In this document: positions 28,444-37,218 of the stretch, piece by piece
Position numbering within the stretch: position 1 is the stretch's first letter
How the letters are laid out: every line of letters begins with the position of its first letter
Assembly: GCA_964543475.1 (NCBI GenBank)
Contig: CAZIYJ010000004.1
Location: forward strand, 63,362 to 127,361
DNA: 64,000 nt
From: an uncultured Bdellovibrionales bacterium
GTDB lineage: Bacteria; Bdellovibrionota; Bdellovibrionia; Bdellovibrionales; JAMPXM01
Direction of reading: 5' to 3'
The notes under the pieces: generated by a model
Told to the model about the DNA's origin: nothing
What the model saw: the letters and a program-made list of their open reading frames with translations, nothing else
Databases searched by the model: none
Translations under genes and position numbers: made by a program

Positions 28444-29418
28444 TTACGGTGCTGGCGTTTCGGTATTTGCCGGCATCCGCTGCTTTGCCTCTTCTTCTTT
28501 TACGTCTTTAACCGAGCCGCGTAATAAAAACGACTTCTGCATCGCTTTAAGAGTAATCACTGTTTCGTCGAGTGCCTCGACAGCTCTGCGGCTGACGCGC
28601 GGAAACTCGGGAGCCATTTCTGTAAATACCGGAAGGACTTTATTCATCTCTTCAGTCAGAACAGCTAAGTTCGTTGAAATCTTTCCAAGATCTTGCCCAA
28701 GTTGTGGAGCTGTCTGAGTTAGCTGCGGAACTACTTTGTTTAACTCATGTGTGATGCTTGCTAAATTATTGATCGTTTGCGTGAGCTGATCTTTCTTGTT
28801 CACTTCTTTTAATATTCCGGCAACTTCTTTTGTGATTGCACTTGTGTTGCGAACAAGCGGCGCCATTTCGTCAAAGATCTGAACAATTGAACGCGATCGC
28901 TTTGGATCAAGGAAAGCTTCGGCAACGAACTTTAAATTGTCCATCATCTGCCCCATGGTCGCCAAATAAGGAGCCATTTTTCTTCCGCTCATCAAATCAA
29001 GTAAGTCGACACTTTCTCCGGCCGCAAGCAGTTGTCCCTCTGGAGCAACTACTGCCGAATCACTTCCGACTGTCAGTTCGAGAACTTTTTCACCGATGAC
29101 GAAAGGTCGCATGATTCTCACTTCAGAATCACCTTTTACTAAATGAGCATACTTTCGACTGATTTCAAAAGTGACGATGACTTCGCTCGAAGATTTTAAT
29201 TCAATCGTATCAACTTGCCCTGCCCGTAATCCCGCAACCTGAACTAAAGTTCCCATGTGGATTCCATCTGCCGACGGAAGACTCGTTCGATAAGCAATTT
29301 TTGGTTCAAACCAACCTCGCTTGATCGCCACGCCGAGCGCAACCGTTAGAGTTCCCACGATGGCGGTAAGCACGAAAAGCCCCGCAACTCGCTCGTAGAG
29401 ATTAAACTTTACCTTCAT
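28444..29418 (-). CDS. MlaD/MCE-domain protein
   Basis: N-terminal TM. MCE fold signature (DGIHMGTLVQVAGLRAGQVD), then a long helical C-terminal region. Confidence 0.8.
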   Translation of the reverse strand: MKVKFNLYERVAGLFVLTAIVGTLTVALGVAIKRGWFEPKIAYRTSLPSADGIHMGTLVQVAGLRAGQVDTIELKSSSEVIVTFEISRKYAHLVKGDSEVRIMRPFVIGEKVLELTVGSDSAVVAPEGQLLAAGESVDLLDLMSGRKMAPYLATMGQMMDNLKFVAEAFLDPKRSRSIVQIFDEMAPLVRNTSAITKEVAGILKEVNKKDQLTQTINNLASITHELNKVVPQLTQTAPQLGQDLGKISTNLAVLTEEMNKVLPVFTEMAPEFPRVSRRAVEALDETVITLKAMQKSFLLRGSVKDVKEEEAKQRMPANTETPAP

Positions 29419-30125
29419 GCTGCCCCCTGATGAGTCGGATCATTTATGATCGGCAAAACTGCAAATTCGTGATTTTCAATAAGCACTTGAATCGTTGCCC
29501 AGCCCGCGACGTCGCGAGAATTTTGGCAGCTTAAAAAGACGTGCTTAAGATTTCCGGTTTTCATTTCTTCAACTATAAACTTCTTTAGGTAATGAATTGC
29601 GGCAGAAGTTAATCCTGCAAAAGGCTCATCTAAAAGTACCAATTCAGGCTTCATCACAAAAGCTCTCGCAACGATACACGCTTTACGTTGTGAACCTGAA
29701 GCGCTTGAAGGTCTTAGGTGAGCTACTTTTTTTAGCTCAAATCGTGCAATCAGCTCATCAACTCGCTTCTCTCCTTCTTCAGCAGAGACCAAAGAATGAT
29801 AGCGAATCGGAAGAAGCAAATTTTCTCGGATGGTGCGATTATTAAGTAACCCGCCAAACTCAAAGCTATATCCAATTTTTAAACGTGTCGGGAGAAACTC
29901 TTCAAACGTCAATTCACTCAACTGAAGATCATTAATGTGGATACTGCCTGACCCAGGCATCGCAAGTCCTGCCATCATCTTAAGAAGTGTTGAACGCGCA
30001 CTGCCACCGCCGCCCTCAAAAAAGACGATTTCATTCGTAGGCAATTTGACATTGATATTCTCAAAAACGATCTGACCGTCTTCAAGTTGGTGGGTTAAGT
30101 TTTTGATTTCGATTTTTGAAATCAT
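29415..30125 (-). CDS. MlaF-like ABC ATPase with degenerate catalytic motifs
   Basis: ABC fold. Walker A is GGGGSARST (GK to AR). Q-loop FEFGG (Q to E). Signature ASGSQ instead of LSGGQ. Walker B LLDEP is intact. H-loop is SCQNSRD, with no His. Confidence 0.75.
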   Translation of the reverse strand: MISKIEIKNLTHQLEDGQIVFENINVKLPTNEIVFFEGGGGSARSTLLKMMAGLAMPGSGSIHINDLQLSELTFEEFLPTRLKIGYSFEFGGLLNNRTIRENLLLPIRYHSLVSAEEGEKRVDELIARFELKKVAHLRPSSASGSQRKACIVARAFVMKPELVLLDEPFAGLTSAAIHYLKKFIVEEMKTGNLKHVFLSCQNSRDVAGWATIQVLIENHEFAVLPIINDPTHQGAA

Positions 30126-30955
30126 AAAATTCCCAGTGCAATGAGTTGGTTGAGGTAGAAGAGAGCCGTGACGATGGCATTAAAGCAGACTACGTAAATG
30201 ACACTGTTCACGACTGCTTTTGTTGTTACCTGCGGAACTTCATGCGGCCCAAGCTTCACGAGCAAACCCTGATAGCAACAAATCACAAAAATAATCATTC
30301 CGCTAAAGCCATTTTTTAAGAAGAAGACAAAAATATCGTCAGTAGTAAACGCCTGCGCAAGTGAATCTGTGTAGAAGGCAAACGGAATATCGTGAACGAA
30401 CTTGGTAACGACGAAACCACCCATGACGGCAATAAAGTCAAAGTAGAATGCTAAGCAAAGAACACTGATCACTCCGCCCATGATCCGAGGGAAAACGATA
30501 TAGCTTAAAGGATGAATCCCCATCGTCTCTAGCGCTTCAATTTCCTTGTTCACTCGCATCGTTCCGATTTCACTCGCAACTGCTGTTCCGGATCTTGCAA
30601 TAACAATCAGCGCCGTTAGAAGCGGCCCAACTTCGCGGACGATGATGACAATCATCATATTGCCAACTAACCCTGCCCCGCCGAGTAACGAAAGTTGCAA
30701 CGAAGTTTGTAAAACAACGATAGCTCCGGTTGCGACCGCTAAAACTGAAATTAGTGGAAGTGCCTGCCAACCCGTAAAGTAAATCTGCGCCGAGATAACT
30801 CCGAAGATCGTTCTCCAGCCTTGCGAATGATCTACCAGCGCAGCTCTCACTGAGAGATAGACCATCTTGAGGATTTCCCAAGTGTAGAGTTGTGTGTTGA
30901 TCGCCGAGCGACCCATGTTATCGATCGGTCTGAAAATTACCTGACTTATGCGCAT
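30122..30955 (-). CDS. MlaE-family ABC permease
   Basis: Polytopic protein. MlaE blocks (REVGPLLTALIVIARSGTAVASEIGTMRVNKEIEALETMG). 4-nt overlap with the ATPase gene. Confidence 0.85.
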   Translation of the reverse strand: MRISQVIFRPIDNMGRSAINTQLYTWEILKMVYLSVRAALVDHSQGWRTIFGVISAQIYFTGWQALPLISVLAVATGAIVVLQTSLQLSLLGGAGLVGNMMIVIIVREVGPLLTALIVIARSGTAVASEIGTMRVNKEIEALETMGIHPLSYIVFPRIMGGVISVLCLAFYFDFIAVMGGFVVTKFVHDIPFAFYTDSLAQAFTTDDIFVFFLKNGFSGMIIFVICCYQGLLVKLGPHEVPQVTTKAVVNSVIYVVCFNAIVTALFYLNQLIALGIL

Positions 30956-30990
30956 GATTTCTTATCGGAATTGCGCGCGTTAAGAAGAGA

Positions 30991-31554
30991 TTAGTAAGCC
31001 CAAAGAGAGTAAAAAAATGATTTCGCAGTTTCGAATGAATGCTCAGCCCAACCAAAGTCTGAGCGACTGCCGTAAATTGCGTGCGGAATGATCTGAATTT
31101 GCTGTGGAAACTCGGCTCTGAATGTTCTCACTGCCCGATACATATGGAGTCTTGATGTCACCAAGACCACATCGCGACAACGCAAGGCCTGGACTAAAGC
31201 CAGGGACTGTTGAGCATTGCCATAGGTAGTTTGCGATCTCTTTTCAAGAATCACATTACTTGAATCCAAGTTTCCATAGAAAGGCCACTGCGGAAAAATA
31301 TCTCGAAGCTCTGATTGTTGATTCACGCCAGAGATAATTAGCTTTTTGACTAATCCACGCGCGAGAAGATCAAAGCCTTCTCGAACCCGATTAGCTCCCC
31401 CAGTTAAAACCACTGCACAGTCAGCTGAATCGTCAACTTCCCAAGCTGAGATCGTTGAAGAACTCACTAAACGATACTCACGCCAGTAACTCCAAAAGAG
31501 CCCAGCAACGACGAAGCTAACAGTGAAAATGATCAGTAATTTCAGCCGCGACAA
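30991..31554 (-). CDS. DUF218 (YdcF/ElyC-family) protein
   Basis: N-terminal TM. VVLTGGANRV, LIISGV, VTSRLHMYRA. Confidence 0.75.
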   Translation of the reverse strand: MSRLKLLIIFTVSFVVAGLFWSYWREYRLVSSSTISAWEVDDSADCAVVLTGGANRVREGFDLLARGLVKKLIISGVNQQSELRDIFPQWPFYGNLDSSNVILEKRSQTTYGNAQQSLALVQALRCRDVVLVTSRLHMYRAVRTFRAEFPQQIQIIPHAIYGSRSDFGWAEHSFETAKSFFYSLWAY

Positions 31555-31922
31555 GCAATGACTTCAATTTCAACTTGAACTCCTTTTGGGAGTCCAGAAA
31601 CCGCAACTGTGCTTCGAGCTGGATGCGCCGACTTAAAGGCCTTAGCGTAAATTTCGTTTACGACTGGGAAGTCGCTCATGCTTGTAAGAAAGATGGTCGT
31701 CTTGATCACGTGGTTGAAATTGAGGCCCGCCTCTTCAAGGACCGCAGAGATGTTTTTCATCACTAACTCTGTTTGCTCTGGAATTCCGCCCTGAAGAACT
31801 TGATTGGTCGCCGGATCAATCGCAATTTGGCCCGAGCAAAAAAGAAACCCGTTGGCTTCTACAGCTTGCGAATAAGGACCAACTGGAGCAGGAGCTAGCT
31901 TTGTCTCGATTACTTTTTTCAC
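31542..31922 (-). CDS. ridA: RidA-family reactive-intermediate deaminase
   Basis: 126 aa. PVGPYSQA, GQI, TTIFL, ARSTV.V..LP..V.VEIE. Confidence 0.85.
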   Translation of the reverse strand: MKKVIETKLAPAPVGPYSQAVEANGFLFCSGQIAIDPATNQVLQGGIPEQTELVMKNISAVLEEAGLNFNHVIKTTIFLTSMSDFPVVNEIYAKAFKSAHPARSTVAVSGLPKGVQVEIEVIACRG

Positions 31923-31952
31923 GAAATAAACCTCTTCAATTGAGAAATGACC

Positions 31953-32447
31953 TTAGAAATAAAATGTAGCGCCTGCTCGAAGTGGCGAATCACCTATAGT
32001 ACGAAAACGAGTCTGACTTTCGATCGATGAAATTCCAACGCCTGTTTCTAAACTGAATCCGAGACTATCAAGACCCGCAAGAAAGAACTCAACTCCTGCA
32101 AAACCATTGAGCTCAAAGCCCGATTCATTATTACCTGCGGTGATTTCAGTGCTGATTAGACCAGCACCGCCGCCCATGTAGAAATTTAAGTTGTCCTCTT
32201 CGAACACAACTCTCATCGCCTTCAGCATCAGACCGAACTTAGATGCATTCTCTTGCGTATCTAAACCGAGAACTGCGGCCAGTCCAAATTCACGACTTGG
32301 GTAGAACTGAACGGCGATGCCCGGAACGTCATTTGAGAATTGATCTTTGTAGCCAAGCCCCAGTCGATTGCCGAGATCTTTGCTGAAAGCTGAAGCTGAG
32401 AAGAGATTAATTGCTGCTAACAAGAGAAAGCCAGTAAAGCGCATCAC
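31953..32447 (-). CDS. small outer-membrane beta-barrel protein
   Basis: Signal peptide, alternating beta-strand pattern, C-terminal ...GATFYF. Confidence 0.6.
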   Translation of the reverse strand: MMRFTGFLLLAAINLFSASAFSKDLGNRLGLGYKDQFSNDVPGIAVQFYPSREFGLAAVLGLDTQENASKFGLMLKAMRVVFEEDNLNFYMGGGAGLISTEITAGNNESGFELNGFAGVEFFLAGLDSLGFSLETGVGISSIESQTRFRTIGDSPLRAGATFYF

Positions 32448-32549
32448 GGTGTCACCCTCATTCGTGGATTGCTTTAAATCTGTCTTATGGTTTTAAGTAA
32501 GGCAAGGTGCATTTGGCACCCAACCAGATTGAAAAGAAACTTATGCTAC

Positions 32550-32843
32550 TTAAGCGCGAGCTTTGATATTGCGCGGCTTAGACTTAGCGCTTCGAGAGAA
32601 GTTGGCTTCAAGCTCACTGCGAGTCTCATCGATAATGATTTCAATGATCTCTTTTTTAGGAATTCCTAAAAGTTTGCAAACTGTAGGAAGCGTGTCAAAA
32701 GCAGGACTGCACATGCCGCGCTCCCAATTCGAAACGAACTGAGGCGATGAGTAACCGAGCTCACGAGCCAACGCCATCTGAGTGATGCCCTTTTCAATCC
32801 GCTTATCTTTCAGTATATTGCCCAGGCGCACGAACATCGACAT
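32550..32843 (-). CDS. XRE-family HTH regulator (paralog A of divergent pair)
   Basis: SD GAGGGAG 6 nt upstream of the ATG. HTH ITQMALARELGYSSPQFVSNWERG. Basic C-terminal tail. Confidence 0.8.
   Translation of the reverse strand: MSMFVRLGNILKDKRIEKGITQMALARELGYSSPQFVSNWERGMCSPAFDTLPTVCKLLGIPKKEIIEIIIDETRSELEANFSRSAKSKPRNIKARA
32716..32756. repeat. 41-nt near-identical inverted repeat, copy A (inside XRE paralog A)
   Basis: The reverse complement GGTTACTCATCGCCTCAGTTCGTTTCGAATTGGGAGCGCGG matches 33230..33270 at 39/41 positions, with 29 consecutive identities. Confidence 0.9.
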
Positions 32844-32863
32844 GGGAGTTCTCCCTCTCTATA

Positions 32864-32888
32864 CATTCGAATACTCATCATTCGAATA
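32864..32888. promoter_or_regulatory. two copies of CATTCGAATA (each containing the palindrome ATTCGAAT), candidate operators
   Basis: Copies at 32864-32873 and 32879-32888, 15 bp centre to centre, 20-45 nt upstream of ATG 32843. On the minus strand they overlap a possible TTCGAA-N17-TATAGA promoter. Confidence 0.4.
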
Positions 32889-33139
32889 TTTCTAATTACG
32901 TAGACATTTAATTTACGACATTATGTACCAGTAAAGCAAGTTTGTTCAGAAACTTGTCCCAATTAATAGGAACATAAACTCTTAACCCAAGAATCAGTTT
33001 ATCGTAAACAAAGTTAATTGATCGCGACGGAAAGATTTTGATATTTACGCCTTTATGTAGTTGAAAACACACAAAAATTCTAGAAAACGCTGACCAGCCT
33101 TGTTACGTTTACCTACATCTATAGCAACGGGAGTGAGAC

Positions 33140-33436
33140 GTGAGATTTTCAATGCGAACACTAAGCAGCTATCTCAAGGAAAAACGAATGGAAAGAGGCC
33201 TCAGCCAACTCGATGTAGCGAAAGTTTTAGGCTACTCATCCCCTCAGTTCGTTTCGAATTGGGAGCGCGGGTTAGTTTCTCCACCTCTCGAAACAGTTGC
33301 GGTCTTGATCGAACTCTATAAAATTCCACCAAGCGAAGTGATCGAATACATTCTGAAAGAAACCAAAACCTATCTCGAAGCTCATCTAAAGCCGAAGAAG
33401 AAAAAGGGAGCAGCAAACAAAGGCTCTCGCCGTTAA
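33140..33436 (+). CDS. XRE-family HTH regulator (paralog B of divergent pair)
   Basis: GTG after GGGAGTGAGA. HTH LSQLDVAKVLGYSSPQFVSNWERG. Basic tail KPKKKKGAANKGSRR. Confidence 0.8.
   Translation: MRFSMRTLSSYLKEKRMERGLSQLDVAKVLGYSSPQFVSNWERGLVSPPLETVAVLIELYKIPPSEVIEYILKETKTYLEAHLKPKKKKGAANKGSRR
33230..33270. repeat. 41-nt near-identical inverted repeat, copy B (inside XRE paralog B)
   Basis: GGCTACTCATCCCCTCAGTTCGTTTCGAATTGGGAGCGCGG; see copy A. Confidence 0.9.
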
Positions 33437-33478
33437 CCTTTGTTGTCAGCGGTCACTGTTTAGCGATAGGCTTTCAGT

Positions 33479-34534
33479 GTGCACGAAAAACTTGCGAACC
33501 TGTCTGAAAAACCAAAGCTATTGATCATTCGATTTTCTAGCTTCGGAGACATTGTCCACGCAATGGGTACGCCTTCTGTTTTCTTGAAAGCTTTCCCCAA
33601 CGCACAAGTAGATTGGTTAGTTCGAGCTGACCTTGCCTCACTTCTCAAATCTCACCCTTCTATTACGACCATTCATTCATTTGATCGCAAACAGGGATTA
33701 GTCGGTCTCGTCCAATTTGTATGGATGCTGAGCAGCCTTGGCTACACTCACATTTATGATGCGCACAACAACGTTCGCTCAAATATCACGCGGCTTTTAT
33801 TTTTTGTTTTTAGCATCGTAAGATTTAAGCTTCCTCCAAAAGTCATCGTTCGCTCAAAAGAAAGACTTAAGCGCGCTCTGCTGTTTAAGTTTCGAGTTAA
33901 CCTTTTACCAAAACCATTTCGAGGTATTGCCTCTTTTCAAAAGCCTTTAGAAAAATGGGTGGGCTTGAGTAAAATTTCGACTCCGCAGTTCTTTATCGAC
34001 CCAGCGGCAAAAGCAAAAGTCGATTCGCTAAAGCTACCGAAAGAATTCATTTCACTTGTTCCCTCTGCTGCCTGGGAGATGAAGCGCTGGCCAATTGAGA
34101 ACTGGAAGAAGTTGATTGCATCAATGAACGCACAAAACTTTATAGTACTTGGCGGACCTGAAGATTCATTTTGTGAAGAACTTAAATTGGTAGCTCCTGA
34201 TCGTGTGCTGAACTTAGCCGGCAAACTTTCGCTTCAAGAAAGCTCGGCGGTTGTTGAACGAAGTCAGCTTGTGATTGCGAATGACACCGGTCTTTTACAT
34301 GTCTCCGATCAGCTCGGAGTAAAAACTTTGGCATTGATCGGTCCAACAGCTTTCGGATACCCCTATCATAGTAATTCCGAAGTCGCCGAAATTGCGCTTT
34401 GGTGCAAGCCCTGTAGCAAAGACGGGCGAGGCAAATGCGTGAATGATCTTTATAAGCGCTGTCTTGTTGAATTGTCTCCAGAAGCTGTAGCTGCGAAGGC
34501 GCATTCTGCTCTGAAGGTGCCTCGTGACCGATAA
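33479..34534 (+). CDS. glycosyltransferase family 9 (LPS heptosyltransferase-like)
   Basis: N terminus KLLIIRFSSFGDIVHA. C-terminal GP..SF..EL, NDTGLLHV, LIGPT. Confidence 0.8.
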   Translation: MHEKLANLSEKPKLLIIRFSSFGDIVHAMGTPSVFLKAFPNAQVDWLVRADLASLLKSHPSITTIHSFDRKQGLVGLVQFVWMLSSLGYTHIYDAHNNVRSNITRLLFFVFSIVRFKLPPKVIVRSKERLKRALLFKFRVNLLPKPFRGIASFQKPLEKWVGLSKISTPQFFIDPAAKAKVDSLKLPKEFISLVPSAAWEMKRWPIENWKKLIASMNAQNFIVLGGPEDSFCEELKLVAPDRVLNLAGKLSLQESSAVVERSQLVIANDTGLLHVSDQLGVKTLALIGPTAFGYPYHSNSEVAEIALWCKPCSKDGRGKCVNDLYKRCLVELSPEAVAAKAHSALKVPRDR

Positions 34535-35804
34535 ATTAATTTCGGCCACCTATACTCGAATCTTGGTTCCGCTCATTATTTTCACGATGAGAGTTCTAGG
34601 TAAGTTCAATCCAAAAATAGCTGACGGCTTGCAGATGCGCCAAAGTAAAAACGGGAAAGAACCTTGGCTTGATTTTCCAAAAAAAACTCGGCCCATTTGG
34701 ATCCACTGCGCTTCTGGTGAATTTGAATATGCAAAGCCAGTCATCAATCGATTAAAAAAGAAAACTGCAGTTCCAATTTTAGTTACTTATTTTTCGCCTA
34801 CCGTAAAAAGAGCCGTCGAAAACTTTCAGGGCGTGAACATGAGCTGCCCACTGCCATGGGATAAGCCTGAAGAATGGGAAACTTTTTTCGCTCACCACGA
34901 GCCGCGAATGCTTTTAATTGCGAGAACCGACACTTGGCCCGAAATGTTACGGCAAGCGCGACTTCACGAAGTTCCTACTCTGCTTTTCTCGGCTACCCTT
35001 GTTGCGACAAGTGGCCGCGCTAAACCCCTTTCTCGACTTTTTTCACGATTCGTTTTTGACAACTTAGATGCCATTTATTGTGTGACTGAGGAAGATCAGA
35101 AAATCTTTGCTCAACTTGGTAGCGGAAATAAAACTGTGGTGGTCGGTGACACTCGATATGATCAAGTCATCGAGCGGTTACAAAATCCAAAAGCTATTTC
35201 TAAATTTGTCGTCGCCAACGAAAAGCCAACTTTAGTAGCTGGCTCAACTTGGCCTGAAGACGAAGTAGTTTTAATTGAAGCGTTAGCTCAATTGAAAGGC
35301 TCAGTACGAGCAATTCTGGTTCCCCACGAACCCAATCTTGACCACATAAAAGATCTCGAACAAATGATTTACTCTCACGGACTATCTGTTGAGAGGTATT
35401 CAAAACTCACGGCTAGCTGGAACTCAGATATTCTTGTCATTGATCAGATGGGAATCTTAGCCGAGCTTTACTTACTAGGTACTTTCGCTTTCGTAGGCGG
35501 CTCTTACAAGAAAACAGTACACAGCGTAATGGAGCCACTAGCAGCAGGCTGTCCCACAATTGTCGGCCCGCTTCATTTAAATAATCGCGAAGCGGTTAGC
35601 TTTCAGAGTTTATTAACGCCATCAGGTTTACCCTCTGTTTTGGTGGCCTCTGACGCAGATGATTTTGCAAAGAAGCTGAAGCTCTTATCGGAGCTAGCTC
35701 CAAGAACGCTAATGGATAACAAAACATTCATTCAAAAAGAAATTTTAAATCGAAGTCAAAAGTCTGATGTCGTGGTTGATTGGGCAATGACTCACTTGGA
35801 TTGA
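34524..35804 (+). CDS. waaA: 3-deoxy-D-manno-octulosonic acid (Kdo) transferase
   Basis: RPIWIHCASGEFEYAKPVI, GDTRYD, LVPHEP, FVGGS....HSVMEP...G.P...GP. 11-nt overlap with the GT9 gene. Confidence 0.85.
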   Translation: MTDKLISATYTRILVPLIIFTMRVLGKFNPKIADGLQMRQSKNGKEPWLDFPKKTRPIWIHCASGEFEYAKPVINRLKKKTAVPILVTYFSPTVKRAVENFQGVNMSCPLPWDKPEEWETFFAHHEPRMLLIARTDTWPEMLRQARLHEVPTLLFSATLVATSGRAKPLSRLFSRFVFDNLDAIYCVTEEDQKIFAQLGSGNKTVVVGDTRYDQVIERLQNPKAISKFVVANEKPTLVAGSTWPEDEVVLIEALAQLKGSVRAILVPHEPNLDHIKDLEQMIYSHGLSVERYSKLTASWNSDILVIDQMGILAELYLLGTFAFVGGSYKKTVHSVMEPLAAGCPTIVGPLHLNNREAVSFQSLLTPSGLPSVLVASDADDFAKKLKLLSELAPRTLMDNKTFIQKEILNRSQKSDVVVDWAMTHLD

Positions 35805-36586
35805 TTCTCGAGAAATTTTAAAGCACGCAGACCAAACCAACTGTAGCACTCCCCGTCAACAATCGCTGATGCAACACCTAGCTCTTGAAGCTCATTGCTT
35901 TTCTTGTGAAATGGATATGGCTCTGAAGAGAACAAGAAGAGCGTTTTATTTTTATCGAATTCCGAGAGATTAACTTCAGGATAGTGTTTCCCGGCCTCTT
36001 TGAAACTAATTGAAGTCGACAGTCCCACAAGATCAAGCATTGAACCCACAAAAGTTTCCTGAGTGATCGTCATGTAAGGATTTTTCCAGATTAGATAGAC
36101 CACCTGATCATACGAACGCTCTGGCATTCTGATCCAACTCTGAATGCCAAACTTTTTTATCTGTGAGTCTCCAAGCTCATGCAACTGCACAAGATTGTTT
36201 GCCCTGTCGGTGGATCGATTCGATCTAAGTTGCTGAATTACTTTTTTCCATCTTTCAGCAAAGCTGTCTAAGTTTTGATTCTTTAAGATGACTGCGAGCG
36301 AGCGAAGCTCGCTGATCACATCATCGCAACATTTAATATGAGTGGCAACGAAGGCACACTGAGCTTCTATGGCCATTTCTTTAGGATTTTCTTCTTTATC
36401 AAGAAGTAACAGATCAAACTCGATCGACTTTAATTTTTCCCAGTTGATGTCTTTGGTACCGCCGACAACAGGGATCGACTTCACTTTATCTGAAGGGTGA
36501 ATACAAAACCGTGTTCGCCCTACGACATCAACACCAGCCTCGATAAGAGTTTCAGTCCATGAAGGGACCATTGAAACAACTCGCAT
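35792..36586 (-). CDS. helical-backbone metal-receptor/BtuF-like binding-protein homolog (no signal peptide)
   Basis: N terminus RVVSMVPSWTETLIEAGVDVVGRT. The binding-protein fold assignment is a guess. Confidence 0.45.
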   Translation of the reverse strand: MRVVSMVPSWTETLIEAGVDVVGRTRFCIHPSDKVKSIPVVGGTKDINWEKLKSIEFDLLLLDKEENPKEMAIEAQCAFVATHIKCCDDVISELRSLAVILKNQNLDSFAERWKKVIQQLRSNRSTDRANNLVQLHELGDSQIKKFGIQSWIRMPERSYDQVVYLIWKNPYMTITQETFVGSMLDLVGLSTSISFKEAGKHYPEVNLSEFDKNKTLFLFSSEPYPFHKKSNELQELGVASAIVDGECYSWFGLRALKFLENQSK

Positions 36587-37218
36587 TAGTAGAGGGGCCC
36601 CAAAACTAATCGCGGGTCAGGATATATAAGGAGGGCCTTTTCAAGATCCCGCTCATTCACCGCCCCTGGCATATCTGGTTTTAAAGGCTTTTCCCACGAG
36701 AGTTGAAAATGTACGTGAGGGTTCCACCCTCCATTTTCAAACTTATCGCCAACTTTGGCGATCACTTCTCCCTTTGAAATTTTTTGACCCGGAGTTTTTC
36801 TGTCAAGAGAATCAGTTTGTAAATGACCGTAGAGAGCATAGATTTCTCGATCGCCAAAGACGTGCCGAGTAATGATGGTCGGCCCGTAATCTCCTTCAGC
36901 CGAATTGACACCAAATAAGAAAATCTCGCCATCGTAGAAAGCGTGAACATCAGTTCCGACAGGAGCTGCAATATCAATTCCGATATGAATATCACGATGT
37001 TCCGCTGCAAATAGCTCTTTGTCGGTGTACATCCCCACTCTTCGCTCGTTGTATTTTCCGATCCCGTAAGGAACAGACAACGTCCGCTGAGGATCATAGC
37101 CTGAGCTTAAGTCATAAACTTCGTAGTTTGCAGGGAGCTTAATGACAGGATGAAACGAAACACCAAAAAAAGGATTGAGCATTCCCCAATCATATTTAGA
37201 GCTGGTCAGTTTTCTCAA
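36586..37218 (-). CDS. M23-family metallopeptidase (no obvious signal peptide)
   Basis: HIGIDIAAPVGTDVHA, YGHL, NPHVHFQL (HxxxD...HxH). Confidence 0.8.
   Translation of the reverse strand: MRKLTSSKYDWGMLNPFFGVSFHPVIKLPANYEVYDLSSGYDPQRTLSVPYGIGKYNERRVGMYTDKELFAAEHRDIHIGIDIAAPVGTDVHAFYDGEIFLFGVNSAEGDYGPTIITRHVFGDREIYALYGHLQTDSLDRKTPGQKISKGEVIAKVGDKFENGGWNPHVHFQLSWEKPLKPDMPGAVNERDLEKALLIYPDPRLVLGPLY

Noticed and set aside
32448-33478. XRE pair as a prophage immunity remnant
   Set aside because: There is no integrase, excisionase, structural or lysis gene, and no att-like repeats. The flanking genes are core envelope functions.
34679-34686. A8 homopolymer inside waaA as a phase-variation tract
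   Set aside because: It is short, encodes Lys-Lys in a normal context, and waaA is usually essential. There is no evidence of slippage from a single sequence.
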